NCBI RefSeq assembly: GCF_036323395.1
Contig: NZ_AP028907.1
Span: 930,001-962,000, forward strand
Direction of reading: 5' to 3'
DNA from: Pyrodictium abyssi
GTDB lineage: Archaea > Thermoproteota > Thermoprotei_A > Sulfolobales > Pyrodictiaceae
DNA length: 32,000 bases
Both the position numbers and the translations under genes were made by a program. Every line of letters begins with the position of its first letter. Within the stretch, counting starts at the first letter, position 1. Shown here piece by piece: positions 24,063-32,000 of the stretch. The notes under the pieces are model-generated. The model was given only the letters and a program-made list of their open reading frames with translations, searched no databases and was not told the DNA's origin.

Positions 24063-24872
24063 ATGAAAATACCTCTACTCGGCTTCAAGCCGCTCATAGG
24101 TGTAGTTCATCTGCCGCCTACTACCTCCTCGCCAAGAGGATACGGGAACATAGACCGCATGGTAGACTATGTGGTAAACGAAGTAGGCAAGCTCGAAGAA
24201 GCCGGGTTTGATGCAGTAATAATAGAAAACTATGGAGATAAGCCATTTAGTGTAAATGCATACGATGAGATACTTGCAGCGGTGCTTAGCGTCGTAGTAA
24301 GAGAAGCAGTCAAATCAACTAGGCTACCAGTTGGCGTAAACATTCTCCGCAATAACGCGAGACTGGCACTTGCAATAGCATATGCCACTGGCGCCAAGTT
24401 CATAAGAATAAACGCGTACTGTGAAACACGGTTATCGCCTGAAGGCATTCTCACGCCGCTAGCTAGGGACATAGAGCAGATAAGGAAGCATCTAGACAGG
24501 AACATTCTCGTGTTTGCCGATATAGATGTGAAGCATAGCTACCCAGTAGGACAGCATGATATAGGGGCGGTGTTAAATGATTGTGTAGAACGCGGGTACA
24601 TGGATGCCATAATAGCGAGCGGCCAGGCCACATCTAAACCGCCGGAGCCGGGCTATGTTGCATTCATTAAGCGTAACTCGCCAAAGCCTGTCCTACTCGG
24701 GAGCGGGCTAAGAGTAGACAATATACAGCTCTACTGGAACGTTGTAGACGGCTTCATAGTAGGATCTTCGATAAAATATGAGGGTAAGGCAAGCAATAGC
24801 ATTGACCCCAAAAAAGCGAGAGAGCTGGCTTTAATAGTAAATGGGCTTCGTCGTAAAACACTAGATGCGTAG
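24036..24872 (+). CDS. BtpA/SgcQ-family TIM-barrel protein
   Basis: 'KPLIGVVHLPP...SPRG' and 'GFDAVIIENYGD.PF' are the BtpA family signature. The in-frame ATG at 24063 (MKIPLLGFKPLIGVVHL) is the more family-typical start and would clear the sRNA candidate. Confidence 0.8.
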   Translation: MRIEDGTEPMKIPLLGFKPLIGVVHLPPTTSSPRGYGNIDRMVDYVVNEVGKLEEAGFDAVIIENYGDKPFSVNAYDEILAAVLSVVVREAVKSTRLPVGVNILRNNARLALAIAYATGAKFIRINAYCETRLSPEGILTPLARDIEQIRKHLDRNILVFADIDVKHSYPVGQHDIGAVLNDCVERGYMDAIIASGQATSKPPEPGYVAFIKRNSPKPVLLGSGLRVDNIQLYWNVVDGFIVGSSIKYEGKASNSIDPKKARELALIVNGLRRKTLDA

Positions 24873-25031
24873 CATCATAGTATCGGGGTATGCCTCTATC
24901 AGGCTAGTGCTATCTACCAGGACGTAGAGGATATAATGTCGTGTTATGCGGGCTAGCCCGGCCAGAGAGCTACTAGGGCGCATCCTTAGCTAGACGTTAG
25001 GATCTTCAAAGAGCCGGTAAAGGTGATGTGA

Positions 25032-25769
25032 ATGAGAATCCTAGGAGAGCTAGAGCCATCTAAAAACGGTGAAAAACTGGCTAAAAGAGTCGAGAAACTC
25101 ATGCCAGTAGTGGACGCGATAGATATACCAGAGGCTCCCATGGGGAAACCTATAGCACATGCAGCAGTACTAGCATCCTACATTAAAGCCAAGTATGGGA
25201 TAGACACCGTACCCCACATAAGAGTCATAGACGTGAACACGGTAGGACTCCTAAGCATTCTAGGCGGCCTAAAGGCTACCGGAGTAGGCGAAGCAGTCCT
25301 ACTCCGAGGAGATGCCCCAGTAATAGGCAGCGAGGTAAGAGATCTCTCAGTAGAGACAGCGGCGGAAATAGCCGTAGAGAAGCTAGGCAGGAATCCCCAG
25401 CTAGGCGCAATGGTAAGCCTAAGATACCCTCTAGAGGCGATAACAAATAGATTAAACGCCCCTCTAAGCTTCTACCTATTACTCCGTCCAGGCTACTCAC
25501 TAGAAAAACTAAGGCAAGTGAGCCAGCTAGCTAGGAGCCTTGGCAAGCAGCTCTACGCGTACGTAATAATAGCAAGCAGCAAGAACTATGACAAGCTAAA
25601 GAATATGCTTGCTGATCAACCAGTCTATAGCGTTGAAGAGGCAACGAAGTTCGTAGAGAAGATAAAAGACCTTGTCGATGGTATATTGGTATCTAGCCCG
25701 GGCGACGTCGACGCTATAGGTGAAGCAGCCCGGCGGATAAAGAGAGAACTAGGTCTAAGTCTACGCTGA
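25032..25769 (+). CDS. MetF/MTHFR-like TIM-barrel protein (tentative)
   Basis: 245 aa. 'ELEPSK.......V..L...VDAIDIPE.PMG', 'H.RVIDVN...L.S.L.GL.A.GV..VLLLRGD.P' resembles the methylenetetrahydrofolate-reductase-family layout. A GGTGA Shine-Dalgarno-like element lies 5-6 nt before the ATG. Confidence 0.4.
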   Translation: MRILGELEPSKNGEKLAKRVEKLMPVVDAIDIPEAPMGKPIAHAAVLASYIKAKYGIDTVPHIRVIDVNTVGLLSILGGLKATGVGEAVLLRGDAPVIGSEVRDLSVETAAEIAVEKLGRNPQLGAMVSLRYPLEAITNRLNAPLSFYLLLRPGYSLEKLRQVSQLARSLGKQLYAYVIIASSKNYDKLKNMLADQPVYSVEEATKFVEKIKDLVDGILVSSPGDVDAIGEAARRIKRELGLSLR

Positions 25770-25812
25770 TGCCACCACACGGTAGCTGCATTTTATGTGC
25801 TGAGAGGGTGCG

Positions 25813-26109
25813 CTACTCCTCTACGGTTCGTGGTGCCACAATAAACCCCTTCTCCGTCTTTGCGGCATTAAGGAGTGCGGCTTCGCTGTCTAGGCTCTTA
25901 GAAGGCTCGTCTGCTCTTAGGAGCCCCTCCTTGTCTATTGGATGGTATAGAGGCTCTACACCCTCCAGTCGTGCTTCGAGGAGTACATCAATAAGCTTCC
26001 TCGCCTTCATGGTCCGCCTCTTGAGTTCTTCGGCCTCCTCTTCGTCTAGGCTTATACGCGAAAGCCATGCGAGATTTCTAATGTCAGTGCTCTCCTTCAT
26101 TTTGTCCAC
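25813..26109 (-). CDS. gatC: Asp/Glu-tRNA(Asn/Gln) amidotransferase subunit C
   Basis: 98 aa. 'LAWLSRISLDEEEAEEL' followed by 'GVEPLYHP......LRADEP', 'LLNAAKTEKGFIVAPR' matches the GatC pattern. Confidence 0.85.
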   Translation of the reverse strand: MDKMKESTDIRNLAWLSRISLDEEEAEELKRRTMKARKLIDVLLEARLEGVEPLYHPIDKEGLLRADEPSKSLDSEAALLNAAKTEKGFIVAPRTVEE

Positions 26110-27209
26110 CTTTCAGTACTCGGCTGCACAGTAGCTGGTATACCCAAGCGTTTGGAGACATACGAGGCAAAATAAGCGGCAGCCCGGCCACCGCGGTAGC
26201 CGTCTACTATGAGCATCCGCGGTCTGGCCTCCTCAACATAGCTTACAAGCTGTCGAAAGTCGGCATGGTCGCTGAACGAGACAATCCACTCTCGCGGGCT
26301 AATCCTCCGGAGAGGCTCGCGGAACTCCCATCCAGTAAGTAGCACGTGGACCGGTCTTAGCCCATTACTCGGAGGAAGCATACGCCGTCTACGCCAGCTA
26401 CTATAGTGTCTAAACCCTATATACCAGCCACTACGCTTGACCTCCAGGGCCTCCCTAGTACCGTCGACCACAACATCCCCTACTCGATAGCCATGGCGCT
26501 CAAGCACAGCAGCACTTCTACCAATACGCTGGTTGACCAGGAAGGGTGCATCAACGTCGTGCCGCCTGAGTAAGAGCATAATCTCTTCTATCTTCCCATA
26601 GTAGCCATATATGTATACAGGGCCGTGCATCAGCCCTTCTTGCACCACGTCAGCGAGGAGAATGTCTATCTCGTCCTGCCATGGGCGCACCCACTCCTCG
26701 ACGCCATAAGTGGCATCTATTACGAGTACGTCGAGCTCATAAAGTATGTCTGTACCAGGTAGCTTAAAGTCACCAGTATAGCCTATACGATGGCCATTTG
26801 AAAGCTCTACTACAATCTCTGCGGCCCCTGGGACGTGATTAGCCTGCCTGAGTGTAAGCACATCACCGTCAACGGAGACAGAGACGCTATAGGGAAGCGC
26901 GAGCCTCTTGCTCGGAGGAACCCTATATCCTGCAACCTCGAGGAGATCTAGTGTCAGCGGTGTAGCAGCTATAAATGATGCTTCACGAATACTCTTCTTG
27001 AGGTCTAGTATATGGTCCTGATGTATGTGTGTTACCACCCGTACACTGAATCCAGGCGCATGCCCGTCTGCTACTATGTTGCTGCCGAGCATTATGGCGC
27101 CAGTTTCTAGGACAGCAGCGGCTTCTAGCGGTCTTTGCAAGGACCAGTACTCCCTAGAGGAGTGGGCATAGGGCGAAGGTATTACAATTAAGCTTTGAGC
27201 CAACTCCAC
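26097..27209 (-). CDS. MBL-fold metallo-hydrolase related to beta-CASP RNA-processing nucleases (short form)
   Basis: Contains the 'THIHQDH' (HxHxDH) motif, 'ANHVPGA' and 'YTGDF'. The C-terminal 'FSDHADFRQLVSYVEE' resembles beta-CASP motif C. It overlaps the gatC start by 13 nt. Confidence 0.65.
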   Translation of the reverse strand: MELAQSLIVIPSPYAHSSREYWSLQRPLEAAAVLETGAIMLGSNIVADGHAPGFSVRVVTHIHQDHILDLKKSIREASFIAATPLTLDLLEVAGYRVPPSKRLALPYSVSVSVDGDVLTLRQANHVPGAAEIVVELSNGHRIGYTGDFKLPGTDILYELDVLVIDATYGVEEWVRPWQDEIDILLADVVQEGLMHGPVYIYGYYGKIEEIMLLLRRHDVDAPFLVNQRIGRSAAVLERHGYRVGDVVVDGTREALEVKRSGWYIGFRHYSSWRRRRMLPPSNGLRPVHVLLTGWEFREPLRRISPREWIVSFSDHADFRQLVSYVEEARPRMLIVDGYRGGRAAAYFASYVSKRLGIPATVQPSTERWTK

Positions 27210-27328
27210 TGGGTACGAGCATCATGGAGGGGGAAGCTGCTAGTGGCACTGGGCTGCTATGTGTAAAAACTACGGGTAAGGCTGCGATAAAATAGTGTGT
27301 CCTAGCCGGGCCTCGCTACTGGTGAAGA

Positions 27329-28345
27329 TTAGGCCTGCTTGACGAAGCCGAAGGTTAGGTTGAAGAGCTGGTCTAGCTCGGCCTTGATCTCGTCCCTCTT
27401 CTCCTTGACGGCCTTTACTACCGCCTCTAGGGCGTTGTAAGCCCTGCTCGGTATCTTGCCGCGGAACCAGCTCACGTCCTTAGCCATGCCCACGCCTATG
27501 CTGTCATACTTTATGCCTGTTAGCGGGTCCTCTTCACGCTCGTTAATCAGCTTGTCTATCTCTAGTACTAGCGTACCGCGTGCGAGCATGTAGTCGCCGT
27601 AGGGGTCAACGAGCTTCAGTACCTGCTTCTTTATCTTGCTTAGTATCCTTATGCCTAGTATCTTCTCCGGTGAGGGCCTTATCTTAGCTACCTGTAGAGC
27701 GCCGAGGAGCGCTACTATGCCGCTGAGGTCGCTGAACGGCTCATACCATGGCCTGCCGCGGCCACCGGCAGGCATCTGCTCGGCGCTGGCACGTAGGAGT
27801 ACCTGGCCGCTGAGCACAGTGTTGTAGGCACTAGCCTTCTTGAACTTCTCGTCGAGGGCTATGTCGATAATGCTCTCGGCGTTGCTGCCGACGAAGAGTG
27901 TGTGACGCGCTGGCGTGTCGAACACGACACCCATGTAGAAGCCGAACATCACGGCAGCCTCTGGTCTATCGGCGGCTTTGAATACGGTGTCGCCTAGTAG
28001 TGTCCTCTGTAGCGCGACGTCGCTTAGCCTCCTGGGGGCCTCACTGTAAGCTATTACACGGACTAGGCCGAAGCTCTGCATCATGCGTAGGTAGTATAGT
28101 AGGTCGTTCATACCGAAGTTCTTGAGGGCCACATACTTCTCGCCGAGCATCTCGACGCGTACAATGCCGCCAACAATCTCGCTGACCTTCTTTGGCGGCT
28201 GGCCGGGCTCAGCAGCACCTGCTAGCATGTCCTTGTAGAACTCTATTAGCCCGGACACGCCGCCCAGCTTACCCTGCGCAGCAGCGGCTAGCTCCTTGAA
28301 CCTACGCGGTACCCTAGCCTCTAGGGTCAGAGGGGGTAGCAGCAT
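27329..28345 (-). CDS. Hypothetical 338-aa soluble protein, no family recognised
   Basis: Clean ORF with host-like composition and an ATG start. It is preceded by GGTGGGAG (SD-like) and a strong TATA-like box. I recognise no motif. Confidence 0.6.
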   Translation of the reverse strand: MLLPPLTLEARVPRRFKELAAAAQGKLGGVSGLIEFYKDMLAGAAEPGQPPKKVSEIVGGIVRVEMLGEKYVALKNFGMNDLLYYLRMMQSFGLVRVIAYSEAPRRLSDVALQRTLLGDTVFKAADRPEAAVMFGFYMGVVFDTPARHTLFVGSNAESIIDIALDEKFKKASAYNTVLSGQVLLRASAEQMPAGGRGRPWYEPFSDLSGIVALLGALQVAKIRPSPEKILGIRILSKIKKQVLKLVDPYGDYMLARGTLVLEIDKLINEREEDPLTGIKYDSIGVGMAKDVSWFRGKIPSRAYNALEAVVKAVKEKRDEIKAELDQLFNLTFGFVKQA

Positions 28346-28386
28346 ACTCCCACCGCTCCACGTACAAGTATCTATGGAGCCAGGAG

Positions 28387-28396
28387 TTAAAAATTA
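28387..28396 (-). promoter_or_regulatory. TATA-like box (TAATTTTTAA on the minus strand) for the 338-aa gene
   Basis: The strongest AT block in the 330-nt spacer, about 46 nt upstream of the ATG at 28345. This implies a ~20-nt leader that would carry the SD-like GGTGGGAG. Confidence 0.4.
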
Positions 28397-28677
28397 CCCT
28401 CTTCAACCCAGTATGCTTCTAATCCATGGCTAGTATGTTTAACATAGAATAGGCGCATATTAGCTCCAGTATTACGCCCCGCCACGTAAACCACAGTTAT
28501 CTCATACAATAACTAGTTCAACGTATAAAGATCATGCGTGGATGTGTAGTTATGGACGGTGCAGCTATGGATGGGCAATGTCTCGTTTCTAGTCGCGGCC
28601 CCGCGCTGTACAGCATTAAGGGACACAACAGCCGGTAGACAATGTCCCGGCAGAGCCCGGGAATCCGGGAGCGATCG

Positions 28678-29568
28678 CTACTCGTAGAGAACTTCGGCAT
28701 TTACTCTAACACGGAAGACACTAGAGAGAGCTGTACGGACGGCATCCATGAACGAGTCACAGAAGTCCACATAGCTAGTACACACTAGATAAACCCTATA
28801 ATCGTTCTCAACACGCTCAATCTCTATCTCGGCAAATCCGCGGGAAAAGTCAAGCACAGCGAGCAAAGGCTCGGTAATCTTGCTTACCGGGTCCTGGCCC
28901 GCCGTGCCGCCCCTAGCAGCTTCTACCGCGTATCTCACCATACTGTGGGCCAGCCACATAGAGCCTAGCCCGACGCTCTTGAGGGCCTCTGACAGCTGGC
29001 CAACGAGTCTCAGAGCCTCACCAGTCCTCTCATCTCCATAGTACTCCTCGAGGACGGTGTCTCCGAGCGTTAGAGCGGCCTCAAAGCCCCTTAACGCGCC
29101 CCTCTGCCACGCAGACTCCACGGCCCCTGGCCGTACACTCCGTACGACCTCTATAGCTCGGCGCGCAGACATGCCATACCGGTACACTAGGTAGCCAGCT
29201 ACCAGTGTAGCGCTACGGCCTCTGCCTGCTAGACAGTGCACCAGCACCTTCTGGCCGGAACTAGCGGCTCTGGCGATTTCTCTCACACCGCGGTAAAGCT
29301 GCCATAGGTCCGGCCCAGCGTAATCGGGCACAGGAATATGAATAAACTTGACTAGTCGGCTAAGCCTAGCAGGATCATAGGCTAATTCGTGGAGCTCAAC
29401 AGCTGCTACTACTACGTTAAACTCCTTCGCTATGTATGGCAGCGAGGAGTCATCCGGCATAGGTGAGAAGGCCACATTTTCATCAACACTAAACACTTCA
29501 TGGAAGAGCATGTTGTAGCCCTCGTAGCTGTGCAGTGTCGGGGCTACTATTCCCCAGAAAGAAGGCAT
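28678..29568 (-). CDS. Protein tyrosine / dual-specificity phosphatase with a ~120-aa C-terminal extension
   Basis: Contains the P-loop 'VLVHCLAGRGRSAT' (HCxxGxxRS/T). The catalytic domain covers about aa 40-170. I do not recognise the remainder. Confidence 0.8.
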   Translation of the reverse strand: MPSFWGIVAPTLHSYEGYNMLFHEVFSVDENVAFSPMPDDSSLPYIAKEFNVVVAAVELHELAYDPARLSRLVKFIHIPVPDYAGPDLWQLYRGVREIARAASSGQKVLVHCLAGRGRSATLVAGYLVYRYGMSARRAIEVVRSVRPGAVESAWQRGALRGFEAALTLGDTVLEEYYGDERTGEALRLVGQLSEALKSVGLGSMWLAHSMVRYAVEAARGGTAGQDPVSKITEPLLAVLDFSRGFAEIEIERVENDYRVYLVCTSYVDFCDSFMDAVRTALSSVFRVRVNAEVLYE

Positions 29569-29598
29569 TATTATAGGTTTTTAGGGCGTACACGGCAG

Positions 29599-30858
29599 CT
29601 AGTTGTTTGTAACCATGACTGTCCGGGTGTAGTGCCTTTTGAGCCACAAAGCTATCCTAGACAGTGGTATCCTCATGGGACATACTGTGTCGCAGCGCTG
29701 GCACTGTAGGCACAGCATCGCAGCTCCCGCGGCGAGCGAGAGGTTCTCCGTTATTGCTGTCCAGCCTAGCCCCATAGGGCCTCCATAGACCCGTCCTCCC
29801 CAGTGGTTAGCGGTATGCTGCCATACAGGGCACTCTAGCTGGCAACGTCCACAACGCACACAGCGTAGTTGCTCGGATAGTAAGGGGTGTCTAGCAGCCT
29901 TTCTACGGCCGTTATCAACGAGGACTACATGTACCTCATGGGGTCCATGTACACCGTAAACACGTTGGAGTTCTATATCGGCTGTACTGCTAGGCCCGGC
30001 GGTAATGTTCACGTATGTCGGCGGGTAGAGGCCGGCATAAGCGGCCTGCACTATTACGGCCTTAAAAGCGTCTACAAGGGACGGAAGTATCTTGTCGACG
30101 CCTGCAACCACTATGTGCTTCCTAGGTATGCCGGCCACGAGTCTTATATTGCCCTCGTTCTCCACAAGAAGGACAGCACCAGTGTCTGCGGCTATAGCAT
30201 TAGCGCCGGTAATCCCAACGTCGGCCGTAGTGAGTTTTGCTCTTAGGAATTCGCGTATGGATGCTACCAGCTCTTCTGGGCTAGAAGATGAGATGTCCAC
30301 CCCTAGCTTCTCGGACAGTAGCCTGGCAACAGCATTTCTACTCATATGGATTGCCGGTGCGATGGTATGCATGGGTTTGCCGCCTTCTAGCTGAACCAGG
30401 AGTTGGCCTAAGTCCGTCTCCCAGACCTCGTTGCCATCCATCTCTAGGCGCTCGCGTAGACCTATCTCTTCAGCAACCATACTCTTGGACATGACTACCA
30501 GCTTACCGCGGCCCACAATACGGGCCACAAGCTCTCTGGCCTCCTCCGCGCTCTCCGCAAGATACGGGTTTGCCCGGACTCTCCTAAGACTCTCCATAGC
30601 AGCCTCTATGTACTCATCGAGTCTGCTTATAATTATCCTCTTGGCCTCCTCGACCTCCCTCGCAAGCCTCACTAGCTCTGGATAGCGCTCCAGCACGCTA
30701 GCTACTTTCCTCTCGTTGCTCGCAGCTACTCGTGCAAGGCTCTCCTGGAGAGCCGGGTCTCCTAGCGCTCTGTATATATTCCGGAGGGTATCAGCTAGCA
30801 AAAACTCACACCTCTTTGCCGCGGAGAAGCGTTTTCGAGAGAACAAGAGATATGTCAA
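29599..30858 (-). CDS. LutB/YkgF-like LUD-domain iron-sulfur protein
   Basis: The DUF162/LUD core is 'MSKSMVAEEIGL......G.EVWETDLGQ...QL', 'GITGANA.IA.TG...LVENEGN'. Two C-terminal ferredoxin-type clusters are 'CVRCGRCQLECP' and 'CLQCQRCDTVCP'. The listed TTG start overlaps the upstream gene, and a TTG near 30801 is an alternative. Confidence 0.8.
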   Translation of the reverse strand: MTYLLFSRKRFSAAKRCEFLLADTLRNIYRALGDPALQESLARVAASNERKVASVLERYPELVRLAREVEEAKRIIISRLDEYIEAAMESLRRVRANPYLAESAEEARELVARIVGRGKLVVMSKSMVAEEIGLRERLEMDGNEVWETDLGQLLVQLEGGKPMHTIAPAIHMSRNAVARLLSEKLGVDISSSSPEELVASIREFLRAKLTTADVGITGANAIAADTGAVLLVENEGNIRLVAGIPRKHIVVAGVDKILPSLVDAFKAVIVQAAYAGLYPPTYVNITAGPSSTADIELQRVYGVHGPHEVHVVLVDNGRRKAARHPLLSEQLRCVRCGRCQLECPVWQHTANHWGGRVYGGPMGLGWTAITENLSLAAGAAMLCLQCQRCDTVCPMRIPLSRIALWLKRHYTRTVMVTNN

Positions 30859-31786
30859 CTATAGTCTCGCCACTGGCTACCCTCGAAAGGCTAACATAGC
30901 ATATAGGGCACATAGTCACAATAGTGGACGCCTTTTCTCGGAGCTCATTCAGCCTCGTGGATGCTATCCTTGCAGCCAGCCTAGGTGAGAGAGCTTCAAC
31001 AGGACCACCACAGCAGTAAGTCATCTTGCCGCTACGCCGCGGCTCCAGCACAGTAACACCAGCAGCCTCTAAGAGACGTCGCGGCTGCTCCACAACACCC
31101 AGGGCCCTGGCGTAGAGACATGGATCATGCACGACTACAGTGTCTCTCTGCTTCCCTGGCGCCAGCAACGCTTTACCTGCAAGAGCCTCATCGAGAACCT
31201 CTAGGTAGTTCACAACCTCCACGTCGAAGCCGTCGATGTACTCCGGGTAGACGTGACGCAGCATATAGGTAGTATGGGGATCCACCGTTATCAGCTTCTC
31301 TACACCGCGTCTCTGTAGCCTGTCGTGCACCTTCGCTGCGTGCTTCTGAAAGGCGTCCTCTAGCCCCATATCGTACAGTATAACACCAGTATACATGTCG
31401 TCCTCATAGAGGTACGCGTAGTCTACCCCAGCTCTAGCCAGCAGCCTAGCTATCGACGCGAGAATGTTCTCTGCGAGCTCCACCTCCCTCCTATCCGGCC
31501 GGATGACTGCTCCAGCAAGTCCAGTCAGCCTCGAAGACGCTGCCAGCCTGAGAACCCTGGCCAGCCTACTGTCCTCCAGCTGCTCTAGAACAGCCACAAG
31601 GCTCTTTATATACGGCATAAGCTGGTACATGACACCAGTGTAGAGGAATACACGGCCACTACGAGGCAGATCCAGCGGCTTAGCCCAGCGATAAGCTATA
31701 TCGCGCGGCGCTGGTACAGGGAGCCCGGTGCGTAGAGTATTCTCAGCCATAATCGATAGAATAGAGTCCACGTCCACGGCTCTCAC
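30806..31786 (-). CDS. CCG-domain (cysteine-rich, HdrB/GlpC/LutA-like) Fe-S protein
   Basis: Contains 'HDPCLYAR' and 'TYCCGGP', with a second 'MCPICY', the tandem CCG-domain signature. The GTG start overlaps the upstream stop (GTGA). Confidence 0.75.
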   Translation of the reverse strand: MRAVDVDSILSIMAENTLRTGLPVPAPRDIAYRWAKPLDLPRSGRVFLYTGVMYQLMPYIKSLVAVLEQLEDSRLARVLRLAASSRLTGLAGAVIRPDRREVELAENILASIARLLARAGVDYAYLYEDDMYTGVILYDMGLEDAFQKHAAKVHDRLQRRGVEKLITVDPHTTYMLRHVYPEYIDGFDVEVVNYLEVLDEALAGKALLAPGKQRDTVVVHDPCLYARALGVVEQPRRLLEAAGVTVLEPRRSGKMTYCCGGPVEALSPRLAARIASTRLNELREKASTIVTMCPICYVSLSRVASGETIVDISLVLSKTLLRGKEV

Positions 31787-32000
31787 CCCCGAATGGCCAC
31801 CTCTATGGGGGACCCAGGTAGCAGCTCACCGCGATTGCGGAGAACGCGGACAACTCTCACAATACCGGCAACGTCCACGGAAATAGGGCACTTAGTCGTA
31901 CACGCTCTACACATGAGGCATGAAAAGATGGATGCAAGAGCCTCGCCGGAGACCGGGGCCTCGCTGGCGAGCAGCTGGAGCGCTATAGCAACACGGCCTC
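31783..32000 (-). CDS. 4Fe-4S ferredoxin-type domain protein (HdrC/GlpC N-terminal-like); the N-terminus runs off the right edge
   Basis: My own translation (not in the ORF track) is ...GRVAIALQLLASEAPVSGEALASIFSCLMCRACTTKCPISVDVAGIVRVVRVLRNRGELLPGSPIEVAIRG*. 'C..C..C...CP' is a 4Fe-4S motif. The stop is coupled to the next gene's start. Confidence 0.6.
   Translation of the reverse strand, partial: GRVAIALQLLASEAPVSGEALASIFSCLMCRACTTKCPISVDVAGIVRVVRVLRNRGELLPGSPIEVAIRG

Noticed and set aside
25769-26134. 121-aa plus-strand ORF
   Set aside because: It is antisense to the clearly recognisable gatC gene, and its product is Ser/Arg/Leu-rich low complexity.
1-32000. CRISPR arrays, cas genes and other known defence or toxin-antitoxin modules
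   Set aside because: No regularly spaced direct repeats are visible in any gap. No ORF shows Cas, restriction-modification, Argonaute, STAND/AAA or toxin-antitoxin hallmarks. The 338-aa unknown was briefly considered as Cas7/Csa2-like, but no supporting motif or neighbouring cas gene exists.

Overview
The window reads as a chromosomal segment of a high-GC hyperthermophilic crenarchaeon, Desulfurococcales/Pyrodictiaceae-like. That assignment is inferred from gene content: PriL, NucS/EndoMS, eS25, Taw1, an intron-containing tRNA, and an initiator tRNA with A1:U72. Genes are tightly packed and mostly housekeeping. I support about 35 CDS (two run off the window edges and are absent from the ORF track), 2 tRNAs (Thr-CGU with a ~45-nt intron, and initiator Met), and several box C/D sRNA candidates found by reading the gene-free gaps. 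I see no CRISPR array, integrase, transposase, toxin-antitoxin pair or recognisable multi-gene defence system. Three things stand out. (1) A 2.2-kb ORF of 725 aa with no recognisable family (19451-21628) has much lower G+C than its flanks and sits between the initiator tRNA and the NAPRT gene. (2) Canonically spaced box C/D modules lie at 16086-16219 and 24002-24062, with weaker ones at 18495-18639. Two unlinked loci share a 19/23-identical half-module and would guide the same target nucleotide. (3) A 338-aa protein I cannot assign (27329-28345) has a strong-looking promoter. All product calls come from motif and family recognition by eye, because no searches could be run.
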